Source: Chrysomallon squamiferum
Taxonomy: Eukaryota > Animalia > Mollusca
Assembly: GCA_012295275.1 (NCBI GenBank)
Contig: CM022665.1
Location: 35,712,001-35,776,000, forward strand
DNA length: 64,000 bases
Direction: 5' to 3'
Shown: one piece after another, positions 27,011-39,800 of the stretch
How positions within the stretch are numbered: the stretch's first letter is position 1
Layout: each line of letters opens with the position of its first letter
The notes under the pieces: generated by a model
What the model was told of the DNA's origin: nothing
Seen by the model: only the letters and a program-made list of their open reading frames with translations
The model's database searches: none
Translations under genes and position numbers: made by a program

Positions 27011-27091
<81 letters not shown>
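27011..27091. repeat. (GA)n microsatellite
   Basis: About 40 GA units. Confidence 0.95.
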
Positions 27092-27093
<2 letters not shown>

Positions 27094-27876
27094 TGTTTCA
27101 GAAACAGTAGAAGACATAACATAAATTAATATGATTTGTATTTAAACGTGAATATTATTTTTGTAAACGGTGACAAAAAAAAAAAAAGAAGAATGAAATG
27201 GAAAACAAATCAAAATGTCAGATGTATTCAACTTTAATAATAATAATAATAATAATATTGATAATAATAATAAAAGTATGCCTTGATTTCTTACCACATA
27301 TTTGCAATAAGCTTTTATTATTATTACTACTTTTTTTAATACATTATATTTTGCTCCATCATTTTTGCATCTCTCGAATCATTTGACAAAACTGCGTAAT
27401 CCGTTTCAGTCGCAGTTTCGTCAGTAGCAATCATTACTTGGTTGAAGTAACAATTTAGCATGTTCAAGTGCGATAAGTTAGTGTTGAACAATACTAATTA
27501 TTATACCAGCAAGAAAAATTAGACTGTAAGTAGTACTTACCACAAAAACGAAATATTCTTATATACCAGCTGCGTGTGAATTATTATTATTGTTGTTGTT
27601 GTTGTTTTTATTATTATTAGTTATTTTTCGAAATGTAAAACGATTTTATGCAAAATATAAAGATATTCTTCTACATAAAACAATTTGTACTTCATATAAT
27701 TCAGAGTAAATTTTTAAAATAGCGATGAAAAACATATTATTACTATTTATATTCAATTCAAAAACATCTCTAATTATGTGTGTTTATGTACATATACACA
27801 TCTGCGGTTTAATAAAGAACATAAGGGCACAGGGACGCAAGGGAACTTGACAGATACGGTGTAAATAAGAGAATGC

Positions 27877-27877
<1 letters not shown>

Positions 27878-27927
<50 letters not shown>
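27878..27927. repeat. (AG)n microsatellite
   Basis: About 25 AG units. Confidence 0.95.
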
Positions 27928-27929
<2 letters not shown>

Positions 27930-29566
27930 TAGACCTGTATATGTTATCAATAATTTTATAAGTGAATGTTTATTATTTTATTTGTATTTATCTGCATTAA
28001 TGCATATCACTCCACTTCATTCAGTACAGAATGAAATAGTGGAAGAAAGATTTGATTTCTTTTTTAAATCGCGAGTAAAGTTAAAGAAAACAGAACAGTG
28101 AATGAAAACAACAGAACAGTTTATTAAGCCTTCTGTAACGATCTTTCAAAGATTAACTGCAGGCCATAAAAGAGTACCATTGAATCAACAGTGGACTTTC
28201 TAGAGATGCTAAAAGATTAACACTTGAGGACAAAGATGATCAAGGTAGCTATGACACCGGCAGCAAGAATGATTTTTGGTGGCGAGATAAAACGATTTGT
28301 TTCTTTAGCTTTTTGTTTGAAGTGTGTTTGATTTGTGGATGTATCTAATGCACTTTGGTGTTAAACTAGGAGAGTTTAAACAATGCCACAAACGTTAAAA
28401 GACTGCTCAGTCGATGATGTGTAGAAAGAGCTAGTTGAAAAGTATCCTAATGTTAATCTTCTCAGACATGAAGAAAACTTTGTGTTGTAAAGGTTTACTT
28501 AAATATAATCATCCTTGCTTGCAAATTGAGTTTTGTTTTAGTGCGCATAAATATTACTGTATTTTTCAGCACACAAAGTCAGTTGTGTCAAAAGTATTGC
28601 GGAAAGATAAATAAAATTACAAAAATCTGTAGCAAAAAATATATAAATTCATTCTGGAGCGAAATGGAAGACCACAATAATCAATAAAGGTACTATGAGT
28701 TTTTATTTTGCCATCGTGCCCAAATTTATTTAGAAAAGCATATAAACATACTTTTTTCATTTACAAAACCCCCTATAAAATCTGTGCAGTGGAAATATAT
28801 GAAAAATAGTAAAACATACTGATATAAATAACTCACTGTAAATAATAGCAGTGTACTGTTTAACGTTTTGAAGAGAAACACCAATGTTACAGCTTTAATC
28901 AACCAATATTAACTGTTAGTAATATTCTTTCTTTTGTAAAAATAAGACGTAACAACAATAAAAAATTTGTCTATACATTTTAGGAGGAGTTGTCTACCGT
29001 TGGTGTTGCGCAGGCAGGAACATTTTATTCAAATATTTATCCATAAACCCTGAAGAATAGAAGGTAATAAAATAACATCATTGATGATACTTATTAATTG
29101 TCTCATATTAATAATATATGGAATATTAAAAGTAGCGCGAAGCGGATGAACATATTATAGCTCGATCGTTTTCCGTTTCCGTGAATTACTTAAATTCGTC
29201 AACTTACCATTTTAATTCAATTACATTCTTTTTCAAAGTTGAGAGAAGTGTAAATGATACATGGTTTGAAAAGAATACTTTATAGAATAACAATAATCAC
29301 ACTGATATAAATGCTGAAACGAAAAAAATAATTCGTAAATATATTATTTAATTATTTTCTTTTCTTTTATATTTATAGTTACGAATGTATATTGATGTAC
29401 ACTGATTTGACCACGTCATGAACCATTTGAAATTTTCTTTTAACTTAAATCTAAAAACGTAAAAGGATTTGGTATTATTACTTGTGGACATTTAGGAAAG
29501 AGCCTTTGAATCAAAATTGTCATTAAAGTATATTTTAAAATAATAATACATTTAAAATATACTTTA

Positions 29567-30025
29567 GGGTCATTCCGTGTCAAATCACCCAATGGGTTAA
29601 ACCCGACCGTCTCAGATTTTTATGAAACTTGGTATACTTGTTGACTGGCATCCCACAGCACCAGTGGTGTGGGAGATATGGCCCCCCGAATTTTGCGATT
29701 TTTGGCAAAAATGGGCGTGACCACCAACTTTTGAACCCTTATATCTCAGGAACTACTGGGCCAGTCTTCATAAAATTGGTATTGTTGAAAAGGCAATATG
29801 ACAAGGACTCCAAATCTGCCTTTTGACCTTTGCTATGACCTTTATTGAAATTTAATCTCTCACATGTTAACTAAAACATATAAAAGTTTCCTGGGTGTAA
29901 TATTTTTTGTTTTCAGATTTGGTGCTGTGGGATCCCAGTCAACAAGTATACCAAGTTTCATAAAACTCTGAAATGGTTGGGTTTGAATTTTCTTTTTTGG
30001 GGGGTGATTTGGCACGGAATGTCCC
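29567..30025 (-). mobile_element. MITE (459 bp) derived from the same Sola2-like family as 36031-38883, in the opposite orientation
   Basis: Termini GGGTCATTCCGTGTCAAATCACCC ... GGGTGATTTGGCACGGAATGTCCC with a 4-bp TSD TTTA/TTTA. The body is collinear with the TIR of the large element apart from three internal deletions. Its left end has the CAATGGGTTAAA variant of the large element's right end, and its right end has the poly-A variant of the large element's left end. Confidence 0.92.
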
Positions 30026-31004
30026 TTTAATATTTATAACATAATAAATATTTTGAGCATATTTAAAATGTTTCTTCATGTTTATCAATAAATTGTTGAA
30101 TTCCTTTTAATTATATATAAGTGATAAATGAAAGATTCATAAATTAAACAGAACTCAAAAGTTAAATATTATTATAACGAAGGAGTGTTTAATCTAACTG
30201 TGTGAGGTGGTTAATTAACTGTGTGTAATTTCTAGGGAGACTGATAATTGTTGCAAATAGTTGTATCAACAGGTGTAATGAAATAACATGCTTGTTTTGT
30301 TTCCTCATCAAGGTGCTAACTGACTCATACATAACATGTACTATCTTCCCTTTGACTGGCCACAGCTTGTTAGATTGGTTATCTGTTTCTTTCTTTTAGT
30401 CTTAATGTGCTTCTCTCACACTTTGTTGATGAGTCCACTTTGAATGTTAATGTATTGTGTAACAGGCTGAAGTGTTTTGTATTTTTGATGGTGTGTCAAC
30501 AAAGGTTAATGGGAAGTTTTTTCCAGAGGATTTTAATTTTTTTTTTTTGAGCTCTGATAACTGATTTAATATTTTAAATAATTCATTTAGTAAATAAATA
30601 AATAAATAGACAAAGATATTTTTTTTACTTAAAGTATTTTCATGTAGTCATTTTATTTGTTTAAACAACATCAGTAACAACAACACAATTTAGCTTTTTT
30701 ATTTATTTTTTTTGCATGTTGTGAAGTTGTAAAGTATATAGTTGCTATTTCCTTCCTTAGATTTATGTTGTAATGATTTTAGCTACCAGTTAAAAACCTA
30801 ATGCTTAATAAACAAATACTTTTTTTTAAATTGTTTTGCCCTCTACAACTGCACTGTAAACATTCAGTTGTTATTTTACTTCAGATTAATACAGATAAAA
30901 TTGTTTTTTAAGTATGATTATTTGGTAATCTAATGACATTTTTGAAATTTATTTATTACAAATAATTTCAGTGTTTACTATTCAAATGCATTATGTATAA
31001 TAAA

Positions 31005-31478
31005 TATTTAAATTCCTCACTTTTTTAGAGGATCTGTTTAAAATAAAAGAAATAAGAATAAAACTCAGATATTTATAATATATATTATTTATTTTAATGT
31101 ATTACATAATATGATTAGCTCTTGATATATAAATACATGGAAATATTTGAGGAAGTATTATGTAAATATATAAACTCTTCTCATACAATTTAAATAACAA
31201 AACATTAAATATGGTAAATATATAAATTCCTGTTACATATTTTAGGAATGATCTGTTTAAAATAAAGTCTAAAAAGAAAGCAACACAATTAAGCATAATA
31301 TATTTATAAATTCTTCTTGTACTTTTCAAGGTGATCTGTTTAAAATAACTGCATTATATAAAGTCAATTTATAAATTCCTCTTACACATCAGTCATCTGT
31401 TTAAAACAACGAAAACATTAAGTATATAAATGTATAAATTCTTCACATACTTTTTCATGAGATCTGCTATAAAAGGCT
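31005..31478. repeat. Degenerate tandem repeat, about 65-85 bp unit, about 6 copies
   Basis: TATAAATTC(C/T)T...GATCTGTTTAAAA(T/C)AA recurs near 31009, 31168 (partial), 31221, 31305, 31370 and 31433. Confidence 0.65.
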
Positions 31479-33884
31479 GGTTTTTATTGAAACAGGTATA
31501 TAAACTGAAGACTAATATAGGTGTCAGCAGTAGCAAGTAGAGTGTCACATTTTCATACCCATGCAAACAGGCATCACACCACATAACCAGGAACTGCTAA
31601 ATGAATTTATTCCACTGTCTGGCACTTTTATGGCCTTTGTCCACACGTTCTGGTGAGGCTCTAATCATGCAGTGGTATGTTAAACAAATGTTTACCTAAA
31701 CAACTGTTATGCTTAGCAGTTAGTGTCTGTTTACTATGTAGATCTCTGGGGTTATTAACTTATTTTGACAATAGAAAACACATTCTGGGTGTTTCTGTCT
31801 GTGTGTGTATATGTTTAGTCATAAACCATAATTAATTTTAAAATGAGTAGATACACTTGCTGATATTTATAAACGTGTAATACAGATAAATAATAAATGT
31901 CTGTATAATAAAACTCATCAAAATCACAAGATGTTAATTATCTTAACTGACCAATGATCATTATTTAAAGAAATTATAGCAGTTTAAGAAATTTATGATT
32001 AATTTGTCAATAGTAGTAATAAAAGATTAATAAAAGAAGACTTTACTTTTTTGTAATAAATATTTTTTTATTTGCTACAAGTGCAACCTTTTTAATAAAC
32101 TAAATAATAATAATAATACTAACAACAGTAACATACTAAGTGCTGTAAATGTTTGTGTTAAATTAATAGTGATATCTTTGCTGTTTGACAGTGTGGGAAC
32201 TTATATTTAAAATGATTACAGTTTGATTTTGAAAGTAACAATAGTACTGTTCTGTACATAACAGTTACCCTGTAACTGACAGGTAAGACTGAACCACTGG
32301 ACACATAATACATTAAAAGATTTGATGCTGAATAGCTGATAGATCAGAATGTTCAGACCTGCGTCTCACTGCAGACATATTTTCATAACTTACATGTCCT
32401 TAAGAACTCTGTCCATCCATCACAGGCTCTCACTTATTGTCACATAGCTGGCTTCTCAAAGAAACCATTGTGTCGTTAGGGTTACGATGTTTGATGACAG
32501 TCAAATGTTTGGCCACATTAATCTTGCTGAATATAGATCTTCCTCTGTCATAAAGGGGATTGTCTCTTAATACAGTTAGTCGGGTAACTTAAGTTTAATT
32601 ATTAAATAACAGTGGATGCCTGGTTTTTGGAGGTAAGGTCATCAAGGCCATCATGGCGGGAGGAAGATGTCTGGGTCACTGAGAGAAGCTGAGTTTGATC
32701 TTGTCTGTCTGAAGTGCTCCACTGTTCCTGCAATTTATCACTTCTTGTTGTCTGGTTTCTTTATGAATTAGTTTATGATTTAAGAAGTTGGTTATAAAGT
32801 TGTTTGGTATAAGCTAGTGTCTTAAAAGAAACAATAAATAAAATTATGAATTAAAGAGATTATTTGCTGCTGTTAGAAGGTCATAGGAAGTTTAACCATA
32901 TTAGTGTTAAGTTATGGAAGACAGGTCTTTATTTGAAATATTGTTTGAATAAATGCAGACTTCTAGTTTAATAACTTATTATTATTATCTTTTTAATATT
33001 TTAAAATTAAAATTAACCTCTCAACCCTTCAAAAAAAAAACCCCAGAACCTCCAACAACATAAGAATAATAATTTTTTTTTATTTAAAACTATTTGTTGT
33101 TTTTCTTTTTATGCATCTTGATGAAAAGTTACCTGTAGTTTACTTTTCATTTATAATGGAGAGCTTATTTAAAAGAATCATTGCTAGTGATATTACATTT
33201 AAAAACATTAGCATTGTGTTCCGTTATTTTATACCATTTGCTGTTATGCTTATGAAAACAAAATAGTATTTTATTGTAATATGTTGGTTCACCAGTCATA
33301 GAAATGAAGTACTAATCAGCTGACTTTTGTGAAATATGTTTGAAAAAGCAAACAAATCATTTTTGTAAGATTTAGAGAGATAACAAGGAAACACATACAT
33401 ATTTGCCTTTAGGCAGACATTCATGTCTCTGGTGTGTGACAAGTCTTAAATTATTTTCATTTTAGTCTTTATTTGTTGTGATTTAAATGGATAACCTTAT
33501 TAACATTTTATTTATTTCTGTATGGTTGTTTTATTTGCTAATAACAATATTATATCTTTGAATGACAAATATGAATCCAGTTATTTTCCTTTCATTTTGT
33601 AATATTCATAGCAATGCAAAGTTTTATATTTAGTCTGTTATTATTTTTATTATTTTTATTGTTTTGTACATTTCTTGTTATATTTATTGTTAAACTTCTA
33701 ATGCTTATTATCAAATGCTGAAGATTCATACTGCAGCAGATAACACTTTACCAATATAGTAACATAATATTTAAATAATAATTATAGTTTTAATTTATTT
33801 TTATTTAATAGCTGATGTCTGAAACTTTGTCCAAGTAATGTTACCTAGCTAGCAGGAGTTCTTGTGCTGAGGTTTGCATCGTTC

Positions 33885-36800
33885 ATGACAATGGCACAAA
33901 ACCGTGATGACATCATTGAGGCTGAACTTACTCAAGTCCGACTTGAAGTGCCAAGTATAGACGGGTTTACACTTGATGCTGCAGTGCCTGTTCTCGTTAG
34001 AGCCATTTACAGGTTAACATATTTTTTTATTTTTTTATTTCTTTTTCACTGAATCAAATTTCAAATAATTTTGATATCATATCACATCACATTACATTAC
34101 ATATAATATGTATGATGTATGTGCACGAATGTCTGTTCAAATGGATTTATGTAATGTATGAATGTATGTGCATACATATATATGTAGGTATGTATGTATG
34201 TATGTATGTATGTGTGTTTGTGTTTATGTGTGTATGTGTATGTATATATATTTTGTACCCATTTTTTAAATCATGTATCATCTTATGTAACCTTACATTG
34301 TTTGGGGTTTTTTTTCTTCAGGAGAACAGAACACAAACAGCTGACTGTTCACTTTCAGTTTCCAGATGGCTACCCCAGTGAGCCAATCATCATGGAGTTT
34401 AAAAGTAAAACTCTCTCTGACAAACTGCTGGATGGTCTTTTGAAAGTCTGTGATGAAGAAGCTAAGAAGAATATAGGACATAGACAGGTAAAACTTTAGC
34501 ACTGTTTGCTTGTTGCAGTAACTTTTAAAACAATTTCTATCACTGTTACTGTTATGTCTTCTAAACAGTCTTTTACCCATGTCAATATTTTTTTAATGTT
34601 ATTATTTTTTTTTACCTAGCATTAAAAAATATATTTTGTTCATTAATCAAATACAACTAATGAATAATTTTCAACTTTATATCTAAAATATGCATGTATT
34701 TCAGAAACATTTTTATATAATTTTTTCTGATGTTAGTAAATTTCAGTTTCAATTTCAGTATTTCAGTAAATTTCAGATTTTGTTATTTCTTAATAATAAT
34801 AATAAAAATACAAAAAATGTAGATTACAGAAATGACACAATGCACTCAAGCACATAGCTATGTGGTAAATATGTAATAATCAATCTTCACTTTTCTGAAT
34901 CTGTTTGCAGATAATTGTTTTCTTCATTAGCATCACATCATCATTTTTCTATATTATTTAAATTTGTTTCAGGTGATTATCATGTTGAATTTCATTAAGA
35001 AGTTTATTGATGAAAACCCACTGTGTGTATGTCACCCAGAAATCTCTTATATCAAACAGTCACTGATTTCTGCAGAAGACAAAGTGATACTGAAACAAAA
35101 AACATCACAGATCATCATCAAAGTGTTTCAAGACAGTTACTTCATGTACCTGCGTATTACTATACCAGAAGATTACCCACTGGCTCAAGTGCAGTAAGTT
35201 TTAATGCGTGTGTGTGTGTGTGCATGTGCATACTTGTGACTGTTTGAACCTTAATGACAACACAACTGAATGCAAAGTCTTAGTTTAGATTATTTTGATG
35301 AGAAAAAAAAGAGTTAATAACAGATTCAATGAGTATTTAAGTTTTTAAGTAATAAAAATGATACAGTGAAATTTATTTAAGTAATTATTATCTTTTGTAT
35401 TTTGTTTTTACAGAATTGAGATTACTGATACAAATTTTCCTATTTTGTTGAGAACCAACTTTCAGGCTCAAGCAGTAGAAATTGCAAGACAGTGTACTCA
35501 GCCGCCACTGAAGAAAAATCCAAAGTAGGTTTTTATTCAGTCAGGGGAGGTAATCACAATATTATATTTGGTCATAAGTGGCACTCTCACTATGTTGACA
35601 GATTGAACGAATGAAGTGAGTAGAAGAAAACTGATTAAACCATAATTATAAAGGTACCATCATAAATGTAGAAATGAAAGGTAACTGAAATTATTATTAT
35701 TGTGGCATCTTGTGATAAAAATAAAATTATATATTTTATAGTGATTTTTTTTATTTTCATGTATTAATTTGTGAATCTGATCATATCTTCATAAAAATGA
35801 AATATCTATGTATATTTTTTGTTTCCTTCAGAAATTTGACCAGTTTCACTGAATACAACAGTAAAATTAATTTAAAAAAACCTAAAGCAACAAAAACAAT
35901 TAAGTAACCTAAACAAAACAAAGTATACCTATGTTTTTCACTTTCATGTTTTTATCAGTTAAAAGCATTGTGCTTTATAAAAAATACATATAAATTGAAA
36001 TAAATAATACTTCTTCTCAATTTTATTATAGGGTCATTCCGTGTCAAATCACCCAAAAAAAAAAGAAATTTAAACCCGACCGTCTCAGATTTTTATGAAA
36101 CTTGGTATACTTGTTGACTGGGATCTCACAGCACCAAATCTGAAATTTTAGCTCAATCAGACCAGTGGTGTGGGAGATACGGCCCACCGAATTTTGAGAT
36201 TTTTGCCAAAAATGGGTGTGACCACCAACCTTAGAACCCTCATATCTCAGGAACTACTGGGCCAATCTTCATAAAATTGGTATTGTTAGAAAGGCAAAAT
36301 GACAAGGATACCAAATCTGCCATTTTTGTTTAGTTTGGAAAATATTGGAGTACCTTGACCTTTTGACCTTTGCTATGACCTTGAAATTGACCGTGTGGAT
36401 CACGTGATCTTGAGATGACCTTTATTGAAATTTAATCTCCCACATGTTAACTAAAACATATAAAAGTTTCCTGGGTGTAATATTTTTTGTTTAGCCACAA
36501 TATAGATTTAAAAAATGCACATACATGAAAATAACACCTTTTCAGCCATTAACATCTAATTAACTAAAACCTGAATGATCAATTCTGGATGCTAGGAATC
36601 ACCATTTCTCTTGATCATCGAGTAAGACATTGTAGGCCTACATGTATGCATAAAGTTCACATATAAAAGTTTCCTGGGTATAATATTTTTTGTTTAGCCA
36701 TAATAGAGATTTAAATAAATGCATACCTGCATGGATGATTGATACAATGCATTACAATGTACATTTTCTCTGAGACTAAAAACTCATCTTTGGAGTTAAA

Positions 36801-39800
36801 ACCCACCTGACATGTCTGAAGGAATGCCTGAAGGATATGAAAAGATGCCAAATGGCATGACATGTTCTACACAATCAGGCTGAAAGGGTTAACAGGAAGT
36901 GATGCTTCAGGCAGGTCAGGAACTCCTTTAGATTGCCTGGTGCAATCCCCATTGAGCACATGGCAATTAGAAGTTTAAGACAAAGAAGTTTCTTCATCTG
37001 CATTTCTTTGACAATCTGAAGCTTTTTAAGTTGGACACAGTGTCAGATGTTGATATATAAACAATATTTTTATTTCATAAAACCTATTAAGTAATTTTAT
37101 CATGTCATGTGGGCCTTGCCATTGGTTTTGAACAAGGTTTCAGTCAACAACTTTACAACCCAGTCTGAAATCAGACGTCATCAAGTGATGTACTGCATAA
37201 TGTATTTGTACACCCAGTCTTCGGCACAGAGTATGAACAAGGTCTACTTCACCTTAATAAACTGTGATTTATACTTGAGAAGATTGACATAAATGCCCAA
37301 GACTTGTGGGCCTTTGGCAATAACACATGTACTCTGCTGCCATTTTATGACCTGCTTAACTTTACTGAAAGGGTTTCAGGATTTGATTTAATATTTAGGA
37401 AAGCACTGACTTTGTTCTATTGAATTGAAGGTGCAGGCCAATACTGAAAATCCTTATTTCTTCCAGGGCTAACTGCAGCTTTAACTCTCCTGAAAATGTG
37501 TGTTATCAACACCATCATATCAAAAAGGAGTTGTTGCGAAGTGTATGGAAAACTGAGGAAGTCGAACTCCTCACTCTTTGAAGTGGGATCGAAACACGGG
37601 ACATCAAGAGTATCATGAACAAGAACTTTTCATCAAATTTTCAACATTGCAGAAAAACTGTTGTGATCCCCTTAATCGCCACCCTGAGCAAGCACGCACT
37701 AGATCTTTAAGAATTGTTAGCATGGGCACTTACAAATGCTTAGTAAATCCTCCAAAGACACTAGTGCCAGGAGACAAGTTGTGATGTGACTGTCTGATTA
37801 CCCTTCAGAAATCAAAGGTCCTGCAGAAGATGGCTTTAGTATGGGTGGTATTACAATGGGAGAATTTGGTGATAACTTGCCAGACAAACCGCTGGTTGTT
37901 GTTTCCCCAGAAAAGGAGTTTGATTTGAATTCTATTCTGTCGAGTTTAGGTGAAACTCCTGTCAAACTTCATTCTCTAGCACATTCCAGTAAATGAATGA
38001 AAGGACAGAAAAAAACTAGCATCAGCTACAGTAACATTAAAATGACATCTTAATGTCTGAATCCTACCCAGAGCGTGTGCAAATCTTGATTTTGTCACCC
38101 TTTACCATTGAAAGGACAATGAATTGAAGGAGGAAATAATCCAAGTTTATGAAAGTGATGAGAACAGTAGAATGTGTCTGGGAATGAAGGATACAGTGAG
38201 CATTTGAAACAAACATAGTGAGAAGGTTAAGCATCAGAAACACCTAGTTCTCTCAAATTTATGTGAACTTTATGCATACATGTAGGCCTACAATGTCTTA
38301 CTTGATGATCAAGAAAGAAGGTGATCCCTAGCATCCAGAATTGATCATTCAGGTTTTAGTTAATCAGATGTTAATGGCTGAAAAGGTGTTATTTTCATGT
38401 ATGTGCATTTTTTAAATCTATATTGTGGCTAAACAAAAAATATTACACCCAGGAAACTTTTATATGTTTTAGTTAACATGTGGGAGATTAAATTTCAATA
38501 AAGGTCATCTCAAGATCACGTGATCCACACGGTCAATTTCAAGGTCATAGCAAAGGTCAAAAGGTCAAGGTACTCCAATATTTTCCAAACTAAACAAAAA
38601 TGGCAGATTTGGTATCCTTGTCATTTTGCCTTTCTAACAATACCAATTTTATGAAGATTGGCCCAGTAGTTCCTGAGATATGAGGGTTCTAAGGTTGGTG
38701 GTCACACCCATTTTTGGCAAAAATCTCAAAATTCGGTGGGCCGTATCTCCCACACCACTGGTCTGATTGAGCTAAAATTTCAGATTTGGTGCTGTGGGAT
38801 CCCAGTCAACAAGTATACCAAGTTTCATAAAAATCTGAGACGGTCGGGTTTAAACCATTGGGTGATTTGACACGGAATGACCCTATAGCTTAATTAAATA
38901 TGCTTGGTATATTGCTCTACAAAATCAAACATAACATAATATTAACAACATTTTTCTTTTATTCAGAGCACCTCCTTTTGTGCCGAAACCGTCGTTACGT
39001 CCTGTCTGTGATTACCTGATCACTGTGTGTGTCAAGAGATACCCCAAAGAGATCTGTCCTATCTGTAAAGAAAAGGTGCTTTTAGCCGATCCAAAGGTAA
39101 ATAAATCTTATTAAAACTGTCCAGAGGTTTGTGTTAATACACACTAACCATTACAATGATATCAAAATGGTTTTAAAAGTTTTAAATATTTATAAGTCTA
39201 TATATATATATAAAAAAAAAAAAAAATTTACATTCTGGTAATTATAAGAAGTCTGCTGACCAGAATTATTAATATTTACAATAAAAATATTTTTAATAAT
39301 CTTTATAATTTCTAAAAAAAAAATAAAAAAAATAATTGTCTTGCTTAGCTTAATAGATAGGCTGAACATACAAATTAAAATGAAAAAAATATATATTCTG
39401 CTTGTATAACAATATAAATTATTATTAAAAAGATTAATAATGCATGTATTATATTTTTACTTAGTGGCATTTTCTTATTTGGAACTATAATATATTTTCA
39501 AATTATCTTGTGTATTAATCAAGATTTTGTCATTTCTTTTCAGTTACTGGATAATGATCCAAAACGAGGCATAGAACGTGTTTACTGTGGACATCTCTTC
39601 CACAATGAGTGTTTGGATGTTCACATGAAAACACCACCCTTTACAGGTAAAGCTTTGTTTTCTTTGTCTATTTATTTAACTTTGGTTTTACTTATGTTTT
39701 TATTTTTTTATTTCATATAGGTAAACTTTTATTTTCTTTTTTTATTTAAATTTTATTTCATATGAAAAAAACACCCTTTACAGTTAAATCTTTATCTTCT

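Noticed and set aside
29629-29826. 65-aa ORF as a possible small gene
   Set aside because: It lies wholly within the MITE's TIR-derived sequence and has a TTG start.
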